A DNA stretch of 64,000 nucleotides, from NCBI RefSeq assembly GCF_006345805.1, contig NC_043004.1:94116001-94180000 (forward strand), in the 5' to 3' direction. Below, one piece after another: positions 39,840-54,574 of this stretch; positions within the stretch are counted from its first letter, which is position 1, and each line of letters begins with the position of its first letter. The position numbers were made by a program, and so were the translations under genes. The notes below the pieces were generated by a model. The model searched no databases. It was given only the letters and a program-made list of their open reading frames with translations, and was not told where the DNA came from. Source of the stretch: Octopus sinensis (Eukaryota).

Positions 39840-40275
39840 AAGAGCAGTGTCTATGATGCCCTTCCCAGGCCCTCCAAGAACGGTGAGGTTGATGCTGTTA
39901 ATGCGCCTCTTGAAAGTTTGTTAACTAATATCTGCTTGAAATACACGCAATGGGAGAGAATTCCGAAGGTTCTGGATAAGGAGAATTGCAAATAATGATT
40001 AATGCGACGCCAGGGTGTGAGATGCACAAATGAAGAATGATGAGAGAAAGAGAGATAAATTGGAACGGGAATACATAAATGGAGATGCATGAGCTAAGCC
40101 AATGCCTAGGAAGAGAAGTCATTACAATAGCAATAAAAAGAAAGAAAGAGAGAGTAGACAGTACATCTGTGGGTCAGAAGTTGTAGGCTGGTTGTGACTG
40201 ATTGACGATAATCAATCGAATGACCTTTTTCTGGATAGTGTCTAATATGTCTAAGTGGAGGGACTCAATCTGGTA
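39840..40275 (-). mobile_element. Decayed CR1/Jockey-like LINE 3' end
   Basis: LDILDTIQKKVIRLI, FLFYCYCN and RINHY..F..SRT motifs. Confidence 0.62.
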
Positions 40276-40783
40276 AGTTTTTATTTTATTAAACCCTACA
40301 AAAATTAAAGGTAAAGTTGATTGTTTTAGAATATAAAAGCGCAAAACATTTACACACACTGATGCACACACACGCACACACACACACATCCATTCGTACT
40401 TTGATAAAAGATATGTAGATAATATGTAGATATGTAGATATGTAGATAATATATCGTGGACTAAGCGGATTTATCTGGCACTCGACGGAGCTAGCTATTC
40501 CAACTTCCTTGAGTAGTAACAACAATGGTTTCTAACACAGGCAAAAGTCTATAAATTTGTTGGTAGAATTATGGCAGATTAACGCGACCATAGTAAGAAT
40601 TGATGTGTGTATGTGTGTGTGTGCACTTTACATTCTGAGCTCAAATCCTACCGAGTTCAACTTTGCTTTTAATCCATTCCGGGCCGATAATATAAAGTAT
40701 CGATTAAGTTTCTCGGTAGGGATTATCGACTAACCACCACTCCTCAGAATTGTTGGCCATGTACCTAAATTTCAACCCATTAC

Positions 40784-40840
<57 letters not shown>

Positions 40841-40984
40841 GTTATCTTTTGTTTTTTTCTTTCAAATTTGCTTCCCGACTCCTAGGGCAAAGAAACTCAT
40901 AGTATACATTGGTAGGCCATTAAACTAAGCTCACTAGTGCGATAATTTTTTTTAAAGTTAAATTAAAATACATGGGTAGTAATA

Positions 40985-43164
40985 GTATTATTATTATTAT
41001 TCTATGTTTGACTTTTGCTTTATATTTGTACAAGTTGGCTCCAAGTCTCACCCAGAGACCTCAAGAGACAACAGGGTTGGAAGTCATGTTGTTGTTATGC
41101 CTAGTGTGCCATATATTTGGGGGGTGGGGATGTTGTGTACTAATGAATGTCTAAAAAAAAAAAGTTTTTTTTTTTTTTAAACCGAAAATTATGTTTGTTT
41201 TAAACCTTGAGATTACATAGAGAGTATTTTGCGTAGGATATGAGCAGTTCCCATGAGCACTATCTTTGACTTCTGCCATTTTGGGGTTTCCTGGTATCTG
41301 AGTTAGGTAGCTATCAGCCCCTTTTGCTATCATTCACAGGGCACCTATGACAACAGGTATTGTTTTAGTCTTCAGCTTCCACATTTTGCTGATTCTATTT
41401 CAAGATCTTTATATTTGCTCAGTTTTTGGTAGGTCTTGACAGATACGTTTATATCGATTGGGACAGTCATATCAATGAGGAGGCATGTTCTTTGTTTGAA
41501 GTTTTTCAATATGATGTCTGGCCTATTTGCATCTATCTTCCTGTCAGTTTGAATGGTGAAGTTCCAGAGGAGTGAGCATTTTCAAGCACTGGGGGTGGTT
41601 TGTGTTCCCACCAGTTTTTTTCATGGGGCAAATCCAGGTTTTTACAGATTACCCAGTGAATATATTGTGCAGCTCTATCGTGCCTGTTGAGATACTCTGT
41701 AGGCGCTAGAAGACTGCACTTGGAGACCACATGGTCAATGGTTTCATTTTGTTGCTTGCATACACGACACGTTGGACTGCTTCTGATCTTTAATATGTTG
41801 GCCTGGTAGTTCTTGTGGTAGGCATTGATCTTGAGCTGCTATGATAAACCCCTCTGTTTCAGATTTTAAGCCAGAGGCCATTAGCCATTGATGGGTCAGG
41901 GCTTTGTCGATATCTGCATTATTCGCTCTCTTTGGGTATTTGCCATAGAGAGGTTTTTCTTGCCATTTGTTATTCAGAATATCTAAGGCCGCAGTTTTGG
42001 CACGGGTTTTCATGCGCCTAGCTTTTTCTGTGCTTGTTTCTTGTATATCTATCTCTAATCCGAAATTGGTTGTATTCGGAATTCACTTAGATATTCCTTT
42101 GCCTGTTTTGTGACTGAGTATGATGCTTTCTTGTTTTCATGTTTTGAGACAAGTTTTAGCATCCAGTCCTCAGAGTTTTTCAGGTAGGTGTCTAGGCCAA
42201 TTGTAGCAATCTTCATTGTTATTGCCAGTTGCAAAAGACCACGGCCTCCCTCTTTTCTTGGCAGATAGAGTCGTTCTGTATCTGCCTTAGGGTGGTGCAT
42301 TCTATGCATTGTCAACAGTTTCTTATTTTTCTGTCGAGCTGACATATTTCAGTAATTGACCAGTTAACAATATTGAAACTGTAAGTCACGACTGGTATAG
42401 CTAATGCATTGATTGCTTCGATCCTGTTTCTTGCATTCAGCTCTGTCTTGAGTATTGCTCTCCACTCTTCGATAGCATTCTCTCCTGATCCTTTCCTTCA
42501 TCTCTGAATGCCTATTCCGTTCCCTTCAATTATCCCTAGGTACTTGTAGCTCTCCGCTGGGTCTAGTTCTTTTATGACATTCTGTTGGTCAAGGTTAACG
42601 TTAGATGTTTCTGTCATTTTTCCTTTGATAAAGGTAGCCTTTGCACATTTATCGAGGCCGAATTGCATTCTGATGTCGTCACTGAATTGTTTGACTATCG
42701 CTAGTAAGCCCTTGAGTTGTTGATCATTTTTTGAAAAGCTTTAAATCATCCATGTAAACGAGATGATTTATATTTTATCAAATTTTTATACCCGTACTGC
42801 GCATCATTGAGCAGCTTTGAGAGAGGTATAAGGATAAACAAAAGAGGAGTGGTGACAGTGAGTCACCCTGGAAAATGCCACACGAAATTTTTACATCACC
42901 AGCATTTAGGGATTCACTGTCACTGTTCAGAGTTAGTGTGGTTCTCCATGATCTCATACTTACAGTCAAGAAGTTTCGCAGAGTTGGTGCTATCTTATAC
43001 ATTTCAAGGCATTTCCTAATCCAGCTATGTGGTAGGCTATCAAAAGCCTTTTTATAGTCTATCCAGGCTATTGATAAGTTTTTGTGTCGTTTGTGACAAT
43101 CTTCTAAGATCATCTTATTGATGAGTAGTTGGTCTTTACAGCCGTAGGATCCACGTTTACATCC

Positions 43165-43168
<4 letters not shown>
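40985..43168 (-). mobile_element. 5'-truncated R4/Dong-clade non-LTR retrotransposon (RT plus RLE), frameshifted, flanked by (TAA)n
   Basis: [92 protein letters not shown]. Confidence 0.95.
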
Positions 43169-43227
<59 letters not shown>

Positions 43228-43228
<1 letters not shown>

Positions 43229-43441
43229 GGCGGCGAGCTGGCAAAAGCGTTAGAACGCCGGGTAAAATGCTTTGCGGTATTTCGCCCGTCTTTACGTTCT
43301 GAGTTCAAATTCCACCGAGGTCGACTTTACCTTTCGTCCTTTCGGGGTCGATGAAATAAGTACCAGTTGAATACTGAGGTAGACGTAATCGACTAGCTCC
43401 CTACCCCAAATTTCTGGCATTGTGCCTTTAGTACAAAGGAT
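43228..43441 (+). mobile_element. SINE family C-related copy with an alternative (TTA)-ending tail
   Basis: Same head and core; the tail diverges after GTAATCGACT. Confidence 0.85.
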
Positions 43442-43444
43442 TAT

Positions 43445-43640
43445 TATTATTTAGGTTCTAAGTATCCTAGCTCTCCCTAATACTGTTTCCAGGAGCTGCA
43501 CTAAGGTAGATTTTATGCTTATTTTCTCTATTTGTTCAAATCTTTAGGAAGAGTTCATAATGCTCCTATAACTATAGTGATACATTCTACCAGCACTTTC
43601 CATAGCTTCTGTAACTCAAGGGATAGGTCTCAGGTGTCAA
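43445..43640 (-). mobile_element. Second, older RLE (R4/Dong-like) C-terminal remnant
   Basis: DLSLELQKLWKV..ITIVIGAL. Confidence 0.62.
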
Positions 43641-43896
43641 CCCTGCAAAATGTTACAGACTTTCTGAACATTGAACAAAAACAATTATACATCATGTCGA
43701 GATGAAAAGAGGAAAAATTCTTGACAAAACCTTGAAGCTTTTATTGGTGAGACAAGGAAAATTTTTTAAATGATTATTGTTCAGTGCAAATCCACACGCA
43801 AAAACTTCGTATACATACATACATGTCATACATACATACATATATACATATTATACATACGCACACGCACACATATAAACATGTGTGTGTGTGTGT

Positions 43897-43948
<52 letters not shown>

Positions 43949-44672
43949 GAAAATCTAACCAACCGATCTGTACAGTAAGTACCTGCTTGTTAGAAGGTTC
44001 CTAATTATTACATTTGAACTTTTCGTGTTGCAACCAAAGTTTCATCTATATTTCAACATTCAATGGCTGCCGAGAACATTTTATTGGTTGAATTGTCTTT
44101 ACACTCAAGTGGAAGTGAGATACTACACCATCAGTGAATTGGACGATCATACACAACGAAAAATTCTCCTGAGTCGACATTTGGAAATAATTGTGGAGGG
44201 CAAATATTACCGAACCGAATTTTGTTATTTGCTTTTCTTATTAGAGTGGTGAGGTGATCCAGCTACGGAATAACAACGAATAATCAAAGTAATATCTACG
44301 AAAATTAAATGCACTGTGTTTCAACTGATATGGTTATATTACATCCCTTGAGACGATTTTATTGCATTCCTTAAAATGTTCCACGAATTTCAAGCTGCTG
44401 CGATCTTCGAAGATTACAATGGCGTAAAATCGGCGAAGTATAATTACCAAGGATACTTATCAAAGTAGAAATGGAATATCAATAAAGAATATATATACAC
44501 GATTGTATATTTGAGACTTAACGAGTTTCCTATACTAATGTTAGTAATGGCCACCTCCAAATAGGAACGGAATTCTCAGTTGCCAGTAAATGAATAAAGT
44601 GTGTTACATTTATTGATTACTTATCCTCTCTCAATTGCACACATATTCGTGTATATATATATATATATATAT

Positions 44673-44741
<69 letters not shown>

Positions 44742-44744
<3 letters not shown>

Positions 44745-45280
44745 GTTTCTTTATTGGCCACACAGGGCTGCACACAGATGGGACAAGTTAGAAGGTAGAG
44801 CTTTTCTTTTGGGGGATGAAAAAAACAAAAAACAAAAGAAACAAAAAAAAAAGCTGGCGTAGGTTTACGATCAAAAGGGATCGTAAAAGGGAAAAAGAAG
44901 AACAAAAAAATAAAAACAAAATAAAAAATGAAAATAAAAATAGAATAAAATAAAATAAATAAAAAAGAAGAAAAGGAAAAGGAACAAAAGAAAAGAGAAA
45001 TGAAAAAAGAAGAAAAAAGGGGGGAAAAAGGGGAAGAGGAAAAAACGATCAATAGCGATCGTGTATCACAGTGTTATGATATATGGTGTAAAGGGGAAAG
45101 CAAGTAAGGTTTATCCGTGGGAAGAAAAGCCTACGAAAAAGACCACGGTAACCTTGGTCAATATTGTTATGTTACCACATTTGTTTGCAAGTGGGTAACC
45201 CTCTGTTTTCATTGTCTGGGTTCATAGGATTATGCTCAGGGTGGCTTCGTCATTCATACGTGCCATCCTTGCTACATTCA
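44742..45280 (-). mobile_element. 3' end and UTR of a Tx1-like LINE
   Basis: C-terminus NVARMARMNDEATLSIIL-stop is homologous to the 27.2-kb element; T-rich UTR; tail AGCCCTGTGTGGCCAATAAAGAAAC. Confidence 0.68.
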
Positions 45281-45367
45281 TATATGTATGTATATATATG
45301 CATATGTGCGCGTAAGAATATCTATCTATTTAACTATCTATCTATTTATCTATCTACTATCTGTCTA

Positions 45368-45466
<99 letters not shown>

Positions 45467-45500
45467 CGTACATACATATATATACACATGCACATGGACA

Positions 45501-45534
<34 letters not shown>

Positions 45535-46317
45535 GAGAAACCAGTTCACCTAATTGCACACGCATAGACCGACCGAATCGATATCACATGTCTCGGAGGT
45601 ACTGCGAAGGCCATCAACACAGCCCCCTTAATTAAAAAATAAACAATTAAAAAGACAAGTTACGAACATTTTATTAGGAGATTTTAATTAATCTAGGAAA
45701 TTTATAAAACCTTAATTAACTGAACCTCCATTTAACTGGCGTCATAAATATTGTTGGAAATTTTCATTACGAAATTCAGTTTAATTATTTTAAACCAAAA
45801 CATATTAATCCCTTCGAATTTCCTCCAATCATTGGCACTCCCTACATCATATAGGACTATAAATGTTCGGAAACTGAAAGAAGCCCGTGGTATAGATATG
45901 TAATTTGTGTCTGCATTAGACCCCCACCCCCGCAAAGGATCTCTATAGAATAAGCACCGGGCTCTAAAAAAAGTACTGAAGTCGATCAATTGGTTTAAAA
46001 ATTTTCAAGGCGGTGCTCCAGCATGGCCTCAGTACATTTATTTAGTGATTCTTTCATCAGGCTTTTGATTTCTCCACTGGAGTTTATTCTTTGCTCTGAA
46101 GGTCAAATATAGTCGAAACGTAATTTTGGTTTCCTGTGTACTTACTGAAAGACTGAAAATAGTAATCGTCACAGACTAATGTTGTTCTTATAATTGTCTC
46201 TAGTTAACACGTTTGATGTTGACTGCATTAAATGTTAACACTAACTCAATTATTGTTTATGAAATAACTTTGTACACCCTCAGAGTAGCACTCACTATTT
46301 TACAATTTTATTCCAAA

Positions 46318-46716
46318 CTAGCAGTATCGCCCGGCGTTGCTCGGGTTTGTAAGGGAAATAACTATATAAGCATTTTTAGAGAGTTATAGCCAAAAAATTG
46401 CAAAAAATGCATTAAAAGTGGAAAAAAAATGATGGTAATTTTTTTTAAATCGTTGACTCATCGTAGACATTTTTAGAGAGTTACTTCCCTTATATAATAG
46501 CGAAAAAAATGCATTAAAATGGAAAAAAATGATGGTAAATTTTTTCAAAAATCGTAGACTCATCGTAGACGCGCGCTAATACCCAGAAGGGCTCGATATG
46601 AATCACGACTATAAGATACCCGGTTTTGGTTAAACTGCACCGCAAAATGTGGGAGTAGTTAGGAATCTAAATCGTAGGAGACAGACAGCACACAACCTCA
46701 CTTTTATATATAAAGA
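46318..46716 (-). mobile_element. Non-autonomous Helitron
   Basis: Minus strand A|TC...CTAG|T, subterminal hairpin CCCGAGCAACGCCGGG, internal subrepeats; second copy at 54139. Confidence 0.9.
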
Positions 46717-47875
46717 TATATGACGTGGTTGCTTTAGTCGTAATCCTTTAGGGGGTGTCCTGGGCTTGAGTGAGAGAAGGAAAGACATTCTTTAACTTGG
46801 CCTGAATCTTTGCATGAGTGAGAGTGGTTTCTGTTAAAGGCATTCAAGGTTCCAGCTGGCAGTATTTAACCTGGTGAGGTGTTAAGTCTGCTGACTTAGC
46901 AGACTATGATGGAATTTGAAGTCGGCATACAAAGAACAAGAACAAACAAGACAAAGCGTCCAGTTCGACACTCTTATAGCTCTGTCAGTCCATTTGTACT
47001 CTTATAGCTCTGTCAGTCCTGGATTTGTACTTTTGTTACCAATCCTGAAAAAAGTTAAAAGCAAAGTTGCACTCGACGGATGAGTCGGAATCTATACAGT
47101 GATGCATTTGTAATCGATATGCTATCGATTCTACAAAATCACCACGTACTGGACATGAAATTGTAAATTTTAAAAAGGCAAGCATTTTTGCGTAAGTCCG
47201 TTAACCCGTTGACGTTAATATAGTAATAAACAAACACAAGAGAAATAAAGATATTTGAGGGCAACTGTTAAGCTTTGGAACCTAATCTCCCAAATTATCT
47301 TTCAAATTTATAGCAATGAATACTGAAGTAATATTGGTGAAACTTAAAAGTTAAAATAGCCACAAAGTTAAAACACAATTGGCCAGATAAAAAATCACAA
47401 AGGTTCTGTTGTGGAAAACAGTTGCTCTCCGGATCCCGGTGTAGTTAGGAAAATACAGGAGATAAAGGACATCTATTGACCATTTATAAGGTGTTTTCAA
47501 ATCCAGTACCCAAGATACACTTTCAGCTTCATACCTATAATTATTATTGGAGCAACAGGATACGTACGAACCCGTCTGGAACAAAGTATAGCTGAACTTA
47601 GGTTCTTGAGAAGAGAATGCAACTCTTTGATTTATACACTACAAATGATCACGATGTAAAAATCTGCAAGACCTTAAAATATAAAGATAAACTAAACAAA
47701 ATGCTTTCCTTCACAACCTAGTTGCTAAGCAGGTGGCCGGTGAAAGTTGATTAAATTTATAGGAGAAAAGAGAACGCATCCATCCACCATCCATCCATCC
47801 ATCCATCCATCCATCCATACATACATACATATGCACGAATGAACGTACTTATGTAGGTACTACGTGTGTTATTAT

Positions 47876-48095
47876 ATTATTACCGTCTTAGCGAAGGCGG
47901 AGGTATTGTTTTCAGTCGTGTTTGTCTATTTGTCCGTGAACAAGGTATCTCAAGAACAAGGTATCTCCGGATGGATTCGAATGAAACTTTCAGGGATGTT
48001 TGGCCTCGTGACTGGCAGGGACTGATTAGATTTTGGGATCGATCCGGTACCGAACAAGATTTCTGGATTATTTTTGCTTATTTTACGTAATTTTA
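47876..48095 (+). mobile_element. Helentron/DINE-like non-autonomous element 5' fragment
   Basis: TTATTACCGTCTTAGCGAAGGCGGAGGTATTGTTTTCAGTCGTGTTTGT...GAAACTTTCAGG architecture. Confidence 0.55.
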
Positions 48096-48140
48096 TCTCT
48101 CTCTATATATAGAGAGAGAGGGGGGAGGGGGAGAGAGAGA

Positions 48141-48574
<434 letters not shown>

Positions 48575-48576
48575 TA

Positions 48577-48637
<61 letters not shown>

Positions 48638-48640
48638 ATA

Positions 48641-48712
48641 AATTTTGTCAGTGAACAGGTCACGGTTTCAAATATTTTGACATAAATTAAATTTAAACGT
48701 TGAAGTGAATAT
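48641..48712 (+). mobile_element. Fragment of the 5.4-kb foldback family next to (TA)n; HHR helix II and GAAA partly deleted
   Basis: TTTTGTCAGTGAACAGGTC...AATATTTTGACA...AAATTAAATTTAAA...TGAAGTGAAT. Confidence 0.75.
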
Positions 48713-48991
48713 CTACCTATCTATATGTGTGTTTATTTGTATATGTGTGTTTAAGTGTGTGCCTGAGTTTGTGCGTGTATGTATATATGTATATATGAGT
48801 ATGTATGTATGCATATATATGTGTCTTTGGTGTAGCAATTGCATGCGGCTGAAGAGGGCTTTAAACTATCTGTTATGTCGATTATACATTGATGTAAGAA
48901 TAAGTTGTTTTATAAAGCTCGAAACATGTGTACCGCGACATCCTTTGTGTTCTGTTTTTTATTTCATTTGATACACACACACACTCACATA

Positions 48992-49027
<36 letters not shown>

Positions 49028-49409
49028 TGTATGTATGTATGTATGTATGTATGTATGTATGTATGTGTGTATGTATGTATGTATATGTATATATAAAACA
49101 ATCTCTGTCTACCAAATCCTGCTCACAATGCATTGGTCAACATGAGGTTATAGTTCGTTGGAGACGAAGATACTGCAAAACGTAATCGAACTCGTAACAA
49201 CGTGTTTTTGAAGGTAACTTCCGAGCCGCACCGTCATGTTTGAACTTATTATATATTTATCTTTTAAAATGAATTAAGTGTAAACGAAACGTTTTTGTAC
49301 GTGAGAGAGTTCGTGTGTGCACATGTGTATGTAGAAACAGTGCGGGAGAGAGTGAGATGGAAAGAGGGAGAGTGAGAAAGAGCGATAACACGGATATATA
49401 CACACATTC

Positions 49410-49817
49410 TTTTATTCTTTTATTCTTTTACTTGTTTCAGTCATTTGACTGCGGCCATGCTGGAGCACCACCTTTAACCGAGCAACTCGACCCTGGGACT
49501 TATTCTTTTTGTAAGGTAAGCCCAGTACTTATTCTATCGGTCTCTTTTGCCGAACCGCTAAGTAACGGGGACATAAACACACCAGCATCGGTTGTCAAGC
49601 AATGCTAGGGGGACAAGCACAGACACAAAAACACACACACGCATATATACATATACAACAGGCTTCTTTTTCAGTTTCCGTCTACCAAATCCACTCACAA
49701 GGCTTTGGTCGGCCCGAGGCTATAGTAGAAGAGACTTGCCCAAGGTGCCACGCAGTGGGACTGAACCTGGAACCATGTGGCTGGTAAACAAGCTACTTAC
49801 CACACAGCCACTCCTGC
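49410..49817 (-). mobile_element. SINE family B
   Basis: Reverse complement of family B. Confidence 0.92.
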
Positions 49818-50538
49818 ATACATAAAAATTATCAATATTATCAGGTTTGAACCAGCTTTACCGGCTTCTAGGCGTGAGTAAAGGATTTTGTAAATTATTT
49901 TCAACAATGATATTGTTTACCAATACAGGAAATATTTGTTTTTGCTAACAACACGCTTACACTTAAAACCCGAACACCATATTTAATATTGCATGGCAGC
50001 CATGTTTTATTGTAGTGCGGAGAATATACAACTGTTGCAATAATAATAACAACAACGACGAGATCAGAAGATGCAACGTTAATTATTAACTACAACATCA
50101 ACAATTACAACATCACCTAGGATATTAAGTGTAAGACGAACAAAAATAGCCTAACGATAACTGCAACAGCATCAACTAAAAGATAGAGCAACACCTTCAA
50201 AACAGAAGCAAAAGAGATAAGTAGTGATAAACATGCAAAGTTTCCTATAAATGTAAATCTTGGTGTACGACCTGGTACGAACATGCGCTGGAACACGTGG
50301 AAACAGGAAATGAGGCGGAGAAAAGAGTGGGAAATGCCTTATTGTTTATATGATTCATACACGAATCCTTGTTGTTGTTACGTTTTGTAGCGTGAGCAAG
50401 GGTGGAACTGCACTCGCCTGGTAGATGTTATCGGGGTTGAAAAGACGAGTGAAGAAAAAAAGAATGTAGAAATGTGCAGCGTATGCAACCTGGAATCTAT
50501 TTACTATAGACTTATGCTCCCTTTTTGTCTTCTACTCT

Positions 50539-50584
<46 letters not shown>

Positions 50585-52994
50585 TAGTGCGTATGTATGC
50601 ATATTTGTGCATTGCATGTAGCTAGATTAGACAGATAGATAGATAGATAGATAGGTAGATAGACACACATACATACATACATACATATCTACATACATAC
50701 ATATATACATACATACATATATACATATGTACATTCATACATACATGCATACATACATACATACATACATACATACATACATACATACGTACATACGTAC
50801 ATACATACATACATACATACATACATACATACATACATACATACAACATACATATAAACATGTATACAGAGACAGGCATTTCTAATGTTCTTTTATTTGT
50901 TTGACAACAACGGCCATTTGAAGGCACCTCCTTGAAGAGTTTTTTTTTTTTGCAATCTCTAAATTCGAAACCAGTTCTTACTTTAACTCTGTACTTAATC
51001 TCTGGGCTTCTTTCTTTGTAACAACCGCTAAATTGCAAGGAGGTAAAACTACACTAGTATACCGATTGTGGAAGTAGTCAGATATAAACACGAAGAACAC
51101 TGCATACATCCACATTCAACACGCCATATATATATATATACATACACACATACATATATGGTATGCGTGTATACGGCAATGAAGATAGACAATATGTATG
51201 TTTACATGTATATACATTGGTAATAGTAGCAACGGCATCACCATCATCGCCATTGTCATCATTATTATAATGATACTGATGCTTTCTGATGACGTAGGTC
51301 TTTATGTTGTCATTAATCTTTCAAGAAATAGCATTGAAATGTCCTTAAAATCTCACACCCAGAAGTTTCGTAATAAAAGGAAGACACATTGGATTATAAC
51401 GAATCTATTTAATCTCAATACGTTCAGGCAGACTCGAACGTGAATATCTAATCATTGCTGTTTTGCTTCATAGAACACATCTTCCCTTTAAACAATGTGT
51501 ACATACCACATGCGATTCACCACGGTGTTTCGACGTTAGTGCGTGTCAGCTCAGTCGAAGTTACTCATAACCTATGAATCTAACCGGCTCTTTTTTAGTA
51601 GATAACATAAACCAAGTTATTTGATGGTGTGTGCTTATGTCTGCGAAAGAGATAATAATTCACCAGTTACACGCAGAACAAAACAAAAGTAAAGCACGTT
51701 GGATTCGAACTCCCGACTATTGGAACTTGAAAATTGTGTTGTGTGACACTGTACCGATCCTGCTAACATACCCACAGTCCTTATCCTGTCGTTGAATTAC
51801 ACGTTTCCATTTAGTCGTACTGAATATGCCACAGAACTGGATAAAAGAACATCGATCTATGTCTTCACCTTTTTCTTTTAATGCTACATAAAAAAACTAA
51901 TGAGATCTGGCATGATAAAAAATCCTTATCCTAGATCCTCTCTATGTTGTCCACTAGACAACATTTTGTGACATAGCTGTCAAGCTGAGGAAAATTACCC
52001 CGCCCTTTTCCTAGTAAGGCGGGAATGATATATTCGCAATGGAGTTGGGCGACGACTTAATCCGTTCAGCATGTGATGACAACTGTTCGATATAATACCG
52101 CATGACAGGGAAGCCTCCGTCGGTCTCCGTGCATCGCGAAGAGAGCCAGCTGACGTCACTACCATCCTTGAACGGTTTATCCCGAGCAGGTAATGTTCTA
52201 TATGGGCATTATTACTAGGCCAAGGTCTTTTAGTAGTTATCGATAATCTCCGAGTTGAAAGACTCCTTTGCCTTGAATAATACAAATGTAGAGAGAGGAA
52301 ATTTCAGGACAGGGAAGTCCACATATTTATTAGGAGAAAGAATGTGATTGTGTTATATGCTTGCTTTCTCTAAAAGAATGAACGCATATCTTTTAGCTTT
52401 CGTTGTTTCTACGGCTCTGATGCATTGGTAAGCTAATGAGGAAGCATTTATACAATTGTTTGTCCTGCTTAAAATAGAAGTCAAATGCATTTCAAATCAC
52501 ATACTAGTGTCGTAAAAGGAAAACAGCAAATTCAATAATATAACTGTGGATGCACACTACCTGATAATACTAAAAAAAATACGTGATACTAATTTTGGAC
52601 TGACCTGCATTTAAGCAACAAAGTCAACAATATAGGTGGGTCGATGTTGATACGACGTGATGAAAGTATTTAACATTTAAACATCGGTCGCTTTTAAAGA
52701 GACGAGAACGGCCATTGGTTAGAAACTATAAAAGGAATTTCGTTCTTCATAAAATTTATTTCATTTCTTTATCATATAATGTATGAATAACATGAAAGTA
52801 CAATATATTGGTAACTAAGGCCCGAGCAATAAAAACAGAACAAATATAATTACGTGTGTATGTATGTATGTATGTATGTATGTATGTATGTATGTATGTA
52901 TGTATTTATGTATTTATGTATGTATGTATACACATGCATATATGTTGTGTGTGTGTGCATGAGTATGCATACATACGTACATATGTGCGTATAT

Positions 52995-54121
52995 GATTTC
53001 TTGTCGCACTCCTGTAATATTTAAAAATCTGATAGCTAATATTAGTAACATAGTGTCTAACCTCTCTTCCTATAAAAAGATTTTCGGGAAAGCAGCCTCC
53101 AACTATAACAATGCCCTAGCCAATAGTGTCTTCAAAGACAAGTTAATATATATAATCCCTCTAGTATTAATGAGAAAAATAAAAAGAGATCTAAAACTAG
53201 GCCAAGGAAAATTATTTGGTTCGCCTCTCCATTTTCACTTAATAGAAAAACTAACATAGATAAAAAAAATTTCTGTCCTCTCCTAGACAAACACTTTCCA
53301 GTAACTCAAAGGTACAGGAAAATATTTAATAGGTCTTCTGTGAAATTATCACATAGCTGCTGCACCAATATAAAGAGTATCATTACACGTGGTCAACACC
53401 AAGAGCCTAAATCCAGTTGTAACTGTCGCGACCCAGGATCCTGCCCACTTGACTAACAATGTAAAATTAAATCTATCATATATGAGGCAGAAGTTACTGC
53501 AACCCTAAATAATAATACAACATAAAAGAAGGCCTATACTGGATTATGTTAAGGGGAATTTATAAATCGTTACATAGCCTCCTTCTGATATAAGGACAAA
53601 AACAAAGCTACTAAGTTGGCTAGCTATGTATGGAGTTTGAAAGATAATGAAACACCACATGTGATTAAGTGGAAAATAATTGAGGAATCCATACCTTATA
53701 TTAATGGATCGAATAAATGTAGGCTTTGTTTAGCTGACAGAGCGCAGATCCTGTTCAGATCTAAGATCCCTAACTCTCCACTAATCTCTAGGTTTTAAAT
53801 TTTTAGTGGTTGCCAGCATATATATGTATAAATATATTTTGAAGAATTCGAAAATTCCGCCTATTCCTGATTAACTTGTTGATATCTTTCCAACTTTGTA
53901 ATTTTTAATTTTTACTTTTTACATCTTACTATCTTATTTAATTTTTTTAGTTCGTTATGATATGTGGCTTGTACCTGATGAATATGTTTGAGATATTTCT
54001 CAACATATGAAACTATTAGTAGCACTTAAACATATGTATTGTGTCCTTTAAATATATGATATTTATGTCTTACCAGATGGAGTACTTTTTTCTCGAATTT
54101 TCCATCACGGAACAGTATGTT
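52995..54121 (+). mobile_element. Penelope-like element 3' part: decayed GIY-YIG endonuclease plus pLTR
   Basis: LLDKHFP, IFNRSSVKLS.SC, CNCRDPGSCPL, IIYEAEV, YTGLC, LASYVWSLK, IKWKII, CRLCL. Confidence 0.9.
53971..54025 (+). ncRNA. Hammerhead motif in the Penelope pLTR
   Basis: CTGATGA-ATATGTTTGAGA[TATT]TCTCAACATAT-GAAA-CTATTAG-TA; long helix II, helix I GTAC/GCAC with one mismatch. Confidence 0.72.
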
Positions 54122-54138
54122 ATATATATATATATATA

Positions 54139-54529
54139 CTAGAAGCATCGCCCGGCGTTGCTCGGGTTTGTAAGGGAAATAACTATATAAGCATTTTTAG
54201 AGAGTTATAGCCAAAAATAGCAAAAAAATGCAAAAAATGGAAAAAAATTATGGTAAATTTTTTTTAAATCGTTGACTCATCGTAGACATTTTTAGAGAGT
54301 TACTTCCCTTATATAATAGCGAAAGAAATGCATTAAAATGGAAAAAAATGATGGTAAATTTTTTTTAAATCGTAGACTCATCGTAGACGCGCGCTAATAC
54401 CCAGAAGGGCTCGATATGAATCACGACTATAAGATACCCGGTTTTGGTAAAACTGCACCGCAAAATGTGGGAGTAGTTAGGAATCTAAATCGTAGGAGAC
54501 AGACACACAACTTGACTTTTATATAAAGA
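54139..54529 (-). mobile_element. Non-autonomous Helitron in (TA)n
   Basis: Near-identical to 46318-46716; TC...CTAG termini. Confidence 0.9.
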
Positions 54530-54531
54530 TA

Positions 54532-54571
<40 letters not shown>

Positions 54572-54574
54572 TAT

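Noticed and set aside
46090-46130. CTGAAGG...GAAACGTA hammerhead-like string
   Set aside because: A9 is altered and there is no convincing helix I or II
47351-47584. Minus ORF, or a possible 41-bp exon near 47536-47576
   Set aside because: The splice signals are plausible but the segment is too short to support without transcripts
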